DNA of 63,460 bases, counting the filler. It is 8 parts of 8 records of this genome, joined end to end, with 100 filler letters (N's around TTAATTAATTAA, not from the genome) between each part and the next. Parts side by side here need not be neighbours in the genome. Positions count along the whole stretch, not along the records: positions 1 to 5,399 come from SRR7504441_3045; positions 5,500 to 9,095 come from SRR7504441_3049; positions 9,196 to 13,332 come from SRR7504441_3051; 5 more parts are not named here. The stretch is one strand, 5' to 3'. Shown piece by piece: positions 1-11,556 of the stretch; positions within the stretch are counted from its first letter, which is position 1, and the number at the start of each line of letters is the position of its first letter. The notes beneath the pieces were generated by a model. The model ran no database searches. It worked only from the letters and a program-made list of their open reading frames with translations, and had not been told where the DNA came from. The position numbers were made by a program, and so were the translations under genes.

Positions 1-3000
1 ACAAGGTACCTGGCCCTGTGCCAGAAGAACCCCAAGGGCCTCCGCGGGATGCTCCACTGGCTCATCCACGTGCCCCGCCCGACCGGCAGACCTAACCGGC
101 TGGCAGGCCGTCGAGGCCAGCTGCCGGCCCGGCTGCGTGGTGTACGCGGCCCGGCCGATGCCAGGCGCCCCCGGCGGGCTCGCGCCGCTCCTCTACCCGA
201 TCCGGCTGTGGCTGTCGGAGCGGCAGCCCGAGGAGCCGGCGGTGCAGATAGACGCTGGCGCGAGACAGAGCTGGCTGGACGGTGGGTGGCCGGCTGGGCT
301 GGGCGAGCGCGATGCAGGGCTCGAGCATGGGTCTGAACTCGAGGCCGTTTACTCTACAGGCGACTGGTACCCGGCGGTCCTCACCGATGTGACGCACGAC
401 CTGGAGACATGCGCGGCCCAGTACACGGTGCAGTGGGTGGACGGTCCGCCCTGCCGGCCGCAGGGGCCCAGCAGGCGGCTCCAGGTGACCCGAACGACAC
501 CAGCAAGACCAGCGAGCAGATCCGGCCGGTGGGGTCCGGTCCGTTGGGGACAGACAAAGTGGGCCGCGACGGGCCGCCGCCCGGCACGGTGGAGATACTG
601 GTGGACCCGCTGCTGCCTGTGTCGGCGCTCCAGCAGCACCTGCTCCGGAGGTGGCTGATCAGCCCGCAGCGCCAATCGGGGGGGTAGGTGCGCGGTGAGC
701 AGTCCTGGGTACACTGGGTGGGCCGAGCAACTCACCGGCTGCTGGGTCGAGATCGAGCTGCCGGACGGCACAGCCGAGCGCCAGCTGGTGTGCGGTGTGC
801 GCTCACTCGGGCCCGGGCTCCCAATGGTGCATTGCCTGGCTGGGGACGCGCAGCACCGCCCCGGCGGAGTAGGGCCATCCAGGGCGGCGCGGGAGTTTGA
901 CGAACGAGTCAATCAAGCTGCCAAGATTGGTGTGGAGTGGCTTGCCAATCCTGCTTCAGAGCACGGGTTTGACCTGATACAGGAGCGAGTGCTGGCCGGG
1001 AGTCAATACAATGTACTTATTCCAGCAGCGTCGGCCTGCTCGGCCAAGGTCAAGCTGCAGCAGGCCATATGGAGCGCGAGCTACAGTGGTGCCTCAGTCC
1101 AAGACCTGCTGGCTGAAGCCCTCGAAGCCATCGTCAGCGGGCAGGCCCAACTCGAGACCGCCGGCCGACTCGGCGCTGCCACTCTCTGGAAGGCCCTCGG
1201 AGCCACTCAGACCAGCCAAACCGCCTGGAAGTTCAGTTCGGACGACCCTCTGGGAGGCCTCAGCTCGCTGGTCAGCGACGCAGTGGCCAGCTGCTCGACC
1301 AGCGTTGCGGCCCCAGCCGCTGAGCCGGCTGCCGATGAGCCGTCGCCATACCGGTGGACAGTGGCAGTGGTGTGCCCGGGAGGAGTGCCAGCAGATCTGT
1401 TCCTGGCTGAAGTGGTTCCAATGCTCTCGCAGATACTGGGGAACAACCTTCGGAGCACCCCCGAGCAGCTAGGCTGGCAGAATGGCTGGGAGGAGATGAT
1501 CGCATCCGTGCAGATCGGAGTTCCAGAAACCACGATGGGCACTGTGGCCCGGGCACAGACCCACGAGGAGGCGCTCAGTGTGCAAGCCGCCATAAGCGTG
1601 TGCATGACTCAGCTGTGGGAAGACGACAGGTTCTCGGAGCTGAGAGCAAAGCAGGTCCAGCAGCAGACTGCTAACCAGCTCAAGCCGGGCGTCCGAGTAA
1701 GGATTCCGGAGCTGGGACAGGACGGCACAGTGCTGCTGCTGGGACAGGAGCAGGCCGACTGTACAGTGAGTGTGGTGACCGACACGGGGCTGTTCTTGCC
1801 AGAGCTGCCGGAGTCATCTCTCCAGTCCGACGGCGGACGGGTGCAGAACCTCGGGCAGGCACCTCTGCACCCGCTCTCGCCCAATGGGCCCAAGCCGTCG
1901 CTGCTCAGCCGCAAGTTGAGTGCTTTCGAGCGGGATCCTTCCAAGCCGTCTGTCAACGTGCAGATGGAGGTCGCAGATGCTGAGTCGACGGGAGAGTTCC
2001 AAGAGGGCAACATGTATCGGGCAGTGCCTGAGCCCAGACTGGAGCTGCACTTCAGCCACGGGAAGGACCCTTACTCGCGGCAGAGCGATCAGATGTGCGT
2101 GTAGGTTTGTTGATTGGGCTTAGCTGTGACTCGCAGGTGTGTGTTCGAACTTCTCGCCCGGACAAGGCTGCCTAACAGCTTCTGGGGTCCTCCAGGTGCT
2201 GCCCGACCAAGCCCCATACAAGGCGCTGACTGTGGTCGCAGTGCGCGCAGAGTACTCCGTTGCACTCCCTGGGGAGGCCCCTGCTGCAGCCCAATTCGAC
2301 ATATCTAGCTGCGTTGGCTCAACAGCAAAGCTGGCTGAAGCCGCTATTCCATTCAAGGCACAAGAGGTGGACTCGGAGCTGAGCTTCGAACGGGCCTGCC
2401 ATCGCCGTGGCTGGGACTTGTCTAGGGTGTTAAGAGAATTGGACGCAAGCCGTCAGCCCTCGCCTGGTCTCAACTGGGGCGTGCTGCTGCGGCTGGCGAG
2501 GCAGAAGGGAGGCTATCCGATCAAGAGACTCTCTACCCGGCACTCTCAGCTATCGAGACAAGCTACTTCAATTGACGCCGCAGATGCAACTGAGGGGGTC
2601 CCAGAGGAGGTAACAATTAGCAAACAGATGGTGCGACTTGAGGCGCTGCTGTGCAGGCAATGCTGGCGCTGGATTCAATCAACATCTTGCGCAGGAAGGT
2701 GCAGGCTATGCCTGGCCTGCTGAGTAAGATGCCCAAAGACGCTTGGATTTCCAAGGTTCCTAGCCATTCTGGATTCAGGATCTGACCTCTGCTGCGCAGG
2801 GGCTCGAAGAAAAGATGCAGGAGCAGATCGCGGATACGCTGTCAATGGCCACTAACGCGCTGCCAGACTGGTTTGTGACTCTCCCCCGACTTGCTCCGTT
2901 TCTCTTCCCGCTGTCGACTCGTTTGATTCAGTTCCGCAGCATGGCGTTCGGCATGTCGCACAGCCTGTGGTGGATGCAGGAGGAGCTAATCAGGCAGCAA

Positions 3001-5148
3001 TTTGGCCCGCAGATGAAAGAGGCGCGGCAGCGCATGACTGATGCTCAGAGACAGAATCAAGACAACCAGCATCTGGTCTACGCCACCAGCATTGAGCTCA
3101 AATTTGCTGAAGCCATGGCGCCTCACCTGAAAACAAAGGCTGATCTTGAGACCCAGTTGGCAGCACGGCAGAGCGGCTCGGCGTACAAAGTGATGTGTGC
3201 CACAGGTGTCAACGTTCGAGTGGCTCCAAATCTGTCAGCCAACAAGGCCGGAAAGAAGCTCCAACAAGGGGAAATTGTGCCGACAACTGGCGACCTTTCG
3301 AAAGATCTCGAGTGGGTCAAGCTGGCCGAGCGTGATGGGCGCACTGGGCTGTGGGCCCGGCACCGGAAGAACACGACTCGGTTCATGGAACTAATGTCAG
3401 GCAAGTCTGGAGAGTCAATGGATACAATTACCCATCGTTTGGAACAATTAGAGACTACAATACAACAAGTGCTCAAGGACTTCGAGTCCAAGTATCCCGA
3501 TTTCTCGTTTGCTACAATGGAGCTGACAGAGAGCGCTTTGACAGAGACGCGGGGTCGACTGAGCAGTTACACTGGAAAGATTCAGCAGCTAGCGATGCGT
3601 GAAGCTGAGGCATGGCAGCCTATTTGGGACCTAGAAGAGCAGGTGATTCGGTGCCTTGCTACTAGTGCTGACCCAGGTGTGTTGCAGGAGGCAGCTGTGC
3701 GGCTTGGGCACAAGCAGTTGAAGTCAGACACAGTTACAGTGGACCGGGAGGCTATACTCGAAACGGCCACTCAGCTGATGACTCAGCGCACTGGCTCCAC
3801 ACATCGGCTCGAAATCAAGTATCTAAATGAGAATGCCTTTGGCAATGGCATTACCCAGTCATTTTACACTGAAGTGGCCACGGCGCTGCAGAGCAGGAAC
3901 CGATTCAGCCAGCTCTGGGGACCAGATCTTGGGAAATCGACCTCCGAGGGGCTTCTATGCCCGAATGGGTTCTTCCCCCGGCCAACAACAACACCTAGCG
4001 CCGAGACCTGTAGCGTATTCCACATGCTTGGGCAGCTGATGGCAACTGCCACCCGAGATGGGTTTGTGGTTCCCTTACATATCTCTCCATACTTCTTTGC
4101 ACTTGTGACGGGCAAAGTGCACGATCTTGACTCCGTCAGCAAAAAGATGGGCGCCCTCCGCTGCTTGGGCCCTATTGGAGAGCGATACAGCGCATTATGG
4201 CGCCTTTGTCTCCGTGTACCAAAGCCCAAAACGCCAGCCGAGGTCGAACAGCTCGCAAACACTGAATTCTGGAAAACCTATCTCAACCCAGAAGCAGAGT
4301 TTGAGTATTCTCTGCTCGACTTCCTCGACGAGATGGAAGATCGAGACCCACTGACCAACCAGCTATTGTGGCCTGTAGGCGACCCTCTGGATCCCATCAA
4401 CAGGCGACTTTTAGCACTTCTTAGCTCAGCTGACCTCTCGGGTTGGCAGGGCAGCCCAGATACACGATACCATCCCACACATCTGCAACCACTGGCTTGG
4501 CGAAGCGGTACAGCCACAAGTGTGTGCGTTCCGAGCTGGTATAGACACTGTCTTCTCTGTGGACTGGGTGAGACCGTCGCGCGCTAGCTCCTGAGGCTGG
4601 GTTCCCAGATGGCTAGCTTCACGACTGCCGAGCTCAAAGACCTGCTGTGCGGCGAGGAGCGGGTGCTGTGGGACAAGAACAGCCTGGCCAAGCATTTGCT
4701 TCCAGCCGGCGGGTAGCCCTTCTGTTCTGAAGCAGTGCTGACTGGGTGTCATAGCTACTCGAAAAGTTCGAAATCATTCAAGTGGATATGCCAGGCGACG
4801 CCTCCTGCTCCCCAGGACTAACCTGTTCTGCCAGATTTTGAATGGCATGAGCCACGAAGAGCGTCGCCAGTTCTTGGACTTCGCAACTGCCATGCCGATG
4901 CTACCCCCGGATGGGCTGCCTGGCCTGAATCTTGAAATTTCCAAGCCATCTCACCGAAAGAATAGGCGTGTACTGCAGCCTGAGCTTGTATCTGAGGGAA
5001 AGACAGGACCGACTGCCTCCCAACGGCCATGACCTGTGCACCCAAACTCTTTCTGCCTGAGTACGAGTCCAAAGAGCAGATGGCCACTCGCATAGAGGTC
5101 GCTATGCTAAATGCTTCAGGGTTTGACGACAGAGTGAGTCCCGTCTAG
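1..5148 (+). CDS. HECT E3 ubiquitin ligase (TRIP12/UPL3-UPL4-like), 5' truncated, about 12 short introns
   Basis: HECT N-lobe motifs LPRLAPFLFPLSTR and LEIKYLNENAFGNGITQSFYTEVA. After splicing introns (e.g. 4404-4449, 4795-4834, 4966-5006) the C-lobe reads ERRQFLDFATAMPMLP...LPTAMTCAPKLFLPEYESKE, with catalytic Cys TGT at 5035-5037 and stop TAG at 5146-5148. Confidence 0.9.
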
Positions 5149-5399
5149 CACTAGGCACTCCGGTGACCTGTTTGGTTAGGTGATCAATGCCAATTCGGTC
5201 GAGCTCGATGTAGACGTCGCGCTCATGCCAGAAGTTTTGCAACAACAAAGTCTCTCAGCCGAGGCCCACTACAGTTCATAGCAAATTAAGGCTAACGCTT
5301 GCCGCTACGGTACACATGTGCAAATCTGTGCAATCATTGATTAAAATTAATTAATTACCCTGATTACCGGGTACATGATTGTAAAGGAGAGAGGCAGAT

Positions 5400-5499
5400 N
5401 NNNNNNNNNNNNNNNNNNNNNNNNNNNNNNNNNNNNNNNNNNNTTAATTAATTAANNNNNNNNNNNNNNNNNNNNNNNNNNNNNNNNNNNNNNNNNNNN
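5400..5499. other. Artificial contig spacer (N44-TTAATTAATTAA-N44)
   Basis: Identical 100-nt linker with stops in all six frames, recurring at 9096-9195, 13333-13432, 23029-23128, 27089-27188, 32530-32629 and 58605-58704. Confidence 0.99.
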
Positions 5500-8400
5500 T
5501 GGTGAGCTGGCTGGCCGTGGAGGTAGTCGAGCTGCTCGAGCTCGAAGGCCGGCCGGAGCTGGTCCAGCTGGTGGGCACTGAGCTCTGCCAGATGCTGATT
5601 GCGGTCGGTCGGAGCTGCGAGATCGGGCTGCACACGCTGACGGTGGTCATGCGTGGAATAGTCTTCCTGGCAAGCAAGCACCGCGCGTTGCTCGATCAGC
5701 AGCTGGCGCTGCTGCTCATCCACATCCCGCTCAGGTTGATCGAGTCGAGCGCCGCCCCGGCCGAGCACAGGGTGCTTGGGTTGGAGTGTCTGAGCTCTCT
5801 CATCCAGATAGGGCCTCTGATGCCGGAGCTGTTCATTAACCACGACTGCTGCCAGACCAGCATCCACTCGCTGCACGACACCATCCTGGGCAGCCTCCAG
5901 AAGGGCGTCTATCCGGTGCCCCCATTCCCCTCCCCAGGATCAGCTGAGCCTTCCCGGCAGCTCGGGGCTCGGGTGGAACCAATCCACGCCGCCGCTTTGC
6001 ATGGGCTGGTGGCAGTTCTCCAGGCCTCGGCTACCCGGTTGGCTAGCGGCAGCCAGGGTGATCCAGAGCTGGAGGCCGAGCTGGCCGAGTCGCGCCGGCT
6101 CAAGCTGGAGAGCCGGGCCGGAGCCAGTGTGTTCAATGCGGCTCCCAAAAAGGCGAGTCCCGAGCCAGGCGAGGCAGGCTTGAGCCAGGGAGCAGGGACT
6201 GAAGCAGCTGCCGACTTTGTGGCCTTTGGATGAGGAGAAGGCGGCCAAGTTCCTGTCGCGGAATGTCTTTATTGAAAAGAAAGCGCTCGGCGAGTTCTTT
6301 GGGTCGCAATACGAGATCGTGACCGAGCAGACAGATGCAGACCCCAAAAAGTTTGCGCTGCGCACACTCAAGGCGTTCATAGCTAACTTTGACTGGACTG
6401 GCGAGACATTTGATCGGGCTCTGCGGGAGCTGCTGCACGCCTTTAGGCTGCCGGGTGAATCTCAAATGATTGACCGGATCATGGAGGCGTTCGCAGCCCA
6501 TTATTTCGGATGCAACCCGACTGCGTTTGACTGTGCGGACACTGGGTACACTCTAGCGTTCTCGCTGATGATGCTCAACACTGATCTTTACAATCCGAGC
6601 GTCAAGAACAAGATGAGCTGTCAGGATTTCATCAGGATGAATCGCGGGATTGGTGCTCAGGGCGCCGACGTGGATCCCGATTACCTCTCGATGCTCTACT
6701 CCTCAATTAAGAAGAACGAGATACGGATGGTGTCAGAGCAGTTGCCGGAGCATCTGGGCAGCTTTGAATGGGCCGAGCTCACCAGCTCCAGCCAGCAGTA
6801 CCAAAAGGTCGACCAGCGCTGGGGGAGCCGGCTCGAGAGCCTGATGCTAGAGTCTAGCTGGTCAGGCACGGTAGCCGCGCTCTCTGTGGTGCTCGAGGCA
6901 GACGAGGTCGAGGAGCTCGATGTAGGGGTGGCAGCTCGGGGGCTGCAGCTCTGTTGCCAACTGGCTGGCCAGCTGAATCAGCCTCAGGTGCTTGAGAGCG
7001 TCATCGCACTCTATGCTAAAAAGCTGAGCCCACTCGCCCTGGAGACAGTTTCAGGGCAACAGATGGACGCGGCACTGGCTACTGATAATGCTCTGAGAGC
7101 TGTGGTCCTTGGGCTGTTTCAGGCTGCCCATGAGCATGGCCAGCTGTTTACCGGCCCGTGTTGGACCCAGCTGGTGGAGCAGGCCTGCGGGCTCAATAGA
7201 TATGGCCTGGTGGTGCCGCACAACAGTCTGTGCGAGCCGCAGGGTTCCGAGCAGCCCAGCTCACCCAGGACAATCGCGGACTCATCTGGGACTGGGTCTT
7301 GGAGCGATCTGTTTGGCGAGTCTGCCGAGAAGCAGGCGGCCAACCAGCATCGGACAGCTGCACTGGAGCTGGTTGCAACGTCTGGGCTGCTCCAGCTGTT
7401 TGCCAATGACTCCCAGTTTTTGTCTCTCGAGTCGCTTGGCATGCTTGTCTCTTCGCTGCACGCGGGTTGCAGTCCGAGTGGTGCAGCCAGCCCGAGTGGT
7501 GCAGCTAGCACTTGTCTCTGCCTGCATCTGCTTGTCGAGCTGGCGCTGCACAATCGAGATCGCTGGCACACAGTCTGGCCTCCGCTGCAGGCGGCAATCC
7601 GGGAGCTCTTGGAGCAGGAGTCCAAGCAGGTCCGGTCCAGGGCCACTGCAGCACTCATGCGGCTTTGCTCGAGGCTGGCGCATAAAGCTGAGATCTCGAC
7701 TGTGCTATTCGAGGAGGTGGGCGACTTATTTGTGCGGCCAAATGACGCAAGCCCAGAGCCGAACGCGCAGGCCGCTCAAACCGAGCTTCTCGAGTGTGTC
7801 GGGCCGCAGCTGGCGGTGGGTGTGCTTTTGGTCATTCAGAACAACTTGTTGCACATTCAGAGGTCTCAGCATGCGTGGGACACCACTATTGCGCTGATAG
7901 GCACAGTCGCGCAGGGCCCGGAGGCGGCGATTGCGCTGTCCGCGCTCGAGCATGTGGTGCTCCACAGCCGTCCATTCACCGAGGTTGTCCTGCAGCAGTG
8001 CCTTGCAGTCCTTCGCCGAATGTTGCTCGGGCCATCTGTAGGCGGCCAGACTCAGAATGCGGCACTCCTCCTTCTGCTGACGATCCAGCATCAGCTGTGT
8101 CTCCAGCAGGCCGCCCAAGACCCCTCGTGCTGGCCTGTGCTCGGAAGAGACGTGACGATGCTTCTGAGCGAGATTTGCTGCTGCAGTTCGATCTCTGATG
8201 GGTTGAGCGTGGATGCACTCGGTGGTCTGCTCGAGTTGCTAAGCTTGGGCTCCCGAGAGCCACTCAGAGTCAGTGGGTCTGAGTGGCTCTGGCTGCTTCA
8301 GAAAGTGCTCTTTCCTACACTTCATCAGCTTCAGGTGATCCCAGCCTTCCCCGCTTCCCTCACCAATAGGCAGGCATCCGAGCCTAGAGCGCCCAACTGC

Positions 8401-9049
8401 CGAATCGCGGCTGGGATCACGGCATTCCAAGCCTCGATGGCCACCGCGCTGCCAGCCGTTGTCCACGGTGACAAGTTCGAACAGCTTTGGCGCTCAAGCC
8501 TGGTGTTGCTCGGCGGGTTTTCGCGGCTGAGCGAGCCGCTAGTGGCAGAGGTGGCCAGCGAGCTGTGAGCCGGCTGATCGGCGGTCCAGGTGCGACATGT
8601 GCTCGAGCAGCTGCTCTCGACCGCCGCACAGCTGCTGGCGCCGCGCTCCAACTTCCGCGACTCCGACATCTGGGCCGAGACTGTAGAGGCGAGCTGGCTC
8701 TGCGCTCGCCAATCTTGACGCATGGCGGCAGGTGGCATTGGCCTCGTTTGCCTCTGAGCTTGAGCTCTCGGAGGAAGTGCTGGATGGAATGATTGGGCTG
8801 GGCGATTTGGACTTGCTCGAGCCAACCCAGAGCCCGTCGACCGAGCCCAAACTAGTCGCAGCAGAACCACCTGCTGCGCCTGAAGTACAAACGGACACCA
8901 CTTTTGACAAATTGGACACGAACCGTGACGGCGCGATTGACCGTGCCGAGTTTGAGGCCGGGCTCAAGGCCGGGATCGTTGCAGCAACGCCGCCGCCGTT
9001 CGCGCCGTTGTTAGACGAAGTAGAGAATCTGGAGAGCGATCTCACGTAA
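5500..9049 (+). CDS. Large Sec7-domain ARF guanine nucleotide exchange factor (GBF1/GNOM-like), 5' truncated, with a C-terminal EF-hand-like motif
   Basis: Sec7 glutamate finger FRLPGESQMIDRIMEAFA and LAFSLMMLNTDLYN; upstream HUS-box-like ELFINHDC; downstream HDS-like LALHNRDRWHTVW. Introns include GC-AG 6153-6195 and 8689-8731. Stop TAA ends at 9049. Confidence 0.9.
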
Positions 9050-9298
9050 ACTATTAAATCTAACTACAAGTGCTAATATATACTCGTGAGCCGGCNNNNN
9101 NNNNNNNNNNNNNNNNNNNNNNNNNNNNNNNNNNNNNNNTTAATTAATTAANNNNNNNNNNNNNNNNNNNNNNNNNNNNNNNNNNNNNNNNNNNNCGAAT
9201 AAAGGCAACTTACGATGCGATAACAACTGTCCTTTGTGTAGAATTGTCTACTAAAATCCTCAGAGAATAGAGAATGGTTTGGACAGCCACGCAGTGAG

Positions 9299-11158
9299 AT
9301 GGAGCGCTTCCTGAGCCAACTGTCGGGAGACAGCGGTCTGGACACCCCGCCTCCGCCAGCTGGGTCGGGGTTCGCCACCCGGCTGACCCCGTTCAAAGAC
9401 CACCCCGAGAAGCAGGAGACCTCCATAGACAAGACCATCCTCTCGCCCACGACAGGCCTGCACAGCCCCGGTGGGCTCCCGGCTCACCGCCGAGAGCCAG
9501 GCGAGACGCTCCCGAGCACGATGAGCACCACCGACTACCAGATCGACCCAATGACCGCCGAGCCCAGCTCGGTGCCCCGCTGCCGCCGGCCGGCCGGACC
9601 CTGCGGCCGCAGTTGAACGAGACGCGTGCGCTGGTGGAGGCACTCCGGCAACGGACATGGGCCAGCCCGGGCAGAGCAGTGGGGGCAGGGAGCACTCGGT
9701 GATGATCGAGCGGGACAGGGCCCAGCTGGCGCTGCTGCTGGGGGAGACAAACGCCAAGAACAGCGCACTGCATGAGAAAGTGGCCGCGCGGGTGGGGTGG
9801 GCCAAGCGGCTGCGGGCAGGTGTCCTCGATCAGCCACAAGCTGGAGACGGCACGGCAGGAGAAGAACGCGCTGGTGGACATCACCACCAAGCTGGAGGAC
9901 TTGATGTGGGAGCAGGCACTGCCGTCGGCTGGCCGGGCCTGAACCAGCACAGGGCAGCGAGCATCAGGCCGAGATGGCCAACATGGAAAAGGCCTACGAC
10001 GAAGTCCTCCGGGTCAAGATCAAGGAGGTGCCCACCGGCCGCTGGCCCGGCTACTCAGCCCGGGACAGGCGCGGGAAGAGGGTGTCAAGTTGGGAATAGC
10101 CCAGCAAGCCGGACTGATGCCAGAGGTGCTCGGCGGCCGTGCCACTACTGAGTCTGTGCCCCGCAGAGCCCGGAGCAGGCCGGGGGCTCTCCTGGGTGCG
10201 GGGCAGGCCGGGCAGGGCGAGCTATGGTAGGTCGGGTGATCATAAGAGCGGAGGGCTGTTCGGGGATTTATTTTCGTTTGGGGGCTCAGACAGCGGTGCG
10301 GCCGCGGCCGGCTGGGTCGAGGCGGGTCAGGCGAGCTCAAGATTTTACGAGAGAAGCTTGAGGCGCTGCAGGCGAGCGTGGATGCGGTGCGCGGGCGGCT
10401 GACGGGGGTCAGGGTGAAAATTTATGCAAAGACGAGGAGATTAGGAGCTTTTCGACAGATCGAGAGTACTACGAAGGGCAGATCGCCCAGGCAGGCCGGC
10501 CTGGTGGTTCCCGTTACAATTGGGACAGGAGAAGGCCGAGGTTGATCAGGCCAGGCAGAAGCTGAGCCACCTCACTCAAGAGATGGATGAGTACCGTAAC
10601 GGGCATTATTGCAAACAGCAAGAGAAGGAAGTCCGAGAGGTCATAGAAGAGGCCGCGCCGGTCTGAGCCAGTGCCTCAGCACAACCGGATCCAGAGCTAC
10701 GTTAAGAAGCACATGTTCCATCTGTTTAAGAGCTGTGGCCAGGAGAGAGTGCGTGAATACATGAAAGAGGTCGCCCCGGTCAGCTTTGGTTCGTGATCAA
10801 TTCCATCAGGTGTTCGCCGGAAACTGGAAATGCTCCCCACCGATGGAGCTGAACAAGGCTTCTGGCTCGCAGCAACCAGTAGAGAAGAGCCTCCAGGCAC
10901 TTGCTTGGCCCTTGGGCCCGCTCTTAAGAGTCGAGTGTGCAGAAGGAGATTTCGGTGCTAGTGAAGCGGTGTACTGCTCTAGAGGGCCAGAACGCCGAGA
11001 AGGACGAGGAAGTGGTGGCGATGGAAAAGGAGCTGAGATACACGGAGAAGGAGCTGGCCAAGGAGCGGAAGCGGGTGAAGCGAGCCGAGGAGCTACTGTT
11101 GAGCATGTCTTCGAAGAAGGAGAAGAACCAGAGCGTGTGGAAGAAGTTGGTCAGTTAG
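9299..11158 (+). CDS. Multi-exon coiled-coil protein of unknown function
   Basis: ATG at 9299; successive E/K-rich helical exons separated by ~40-nt G(T/C)...AG introns; last exon ...EKELRYTEKELAKERKRVKRAEELL...KKLVS then TAG. Several internal junctions are ambiguous. Confidence 0.6.
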
Positions 11159-11556
11159 TAATCAACCATCATTAACTGCACGCTCCAGTTGTAGGCAGCA
11201 GGCTGGCATATTCGTTCATCAATCTGGTGATGGTTGATTGACGAATCTGCCTACGTGTCGCCTATACGAGTCGTACACGTACTGTACCATAGCACCCAGT
11301 CCCTGGGCAAGGCCTAGAAAAATAGGTACATGTATCTACTAGTACTTAGATAATTAACAATAAACGATTTTAAACTCTCCCCCTGTTTAGTACGTGTGTA
11401 GGTTGCCGGATGACGATCCCGCGTGCACTGAAAGGTGGCTATTGGACCTTCAAGGTTAGCTATTAACTTATTAACTATTATCTTCAATCTGGAACGGTCG
11501 CAGGAGTACGTACGATAACGTCAACTATTGCCGGAACTTTCAAGAGACTTACGAAT

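Noticed and set aside
651-694. Apparent non-GT/GC intron donors at some junctions
   Set aside because: Each junction I examined could be resolved with a nearby GT or GC donor and AG acceptor (here gtggct...ggtag), so no other donor class is needed.
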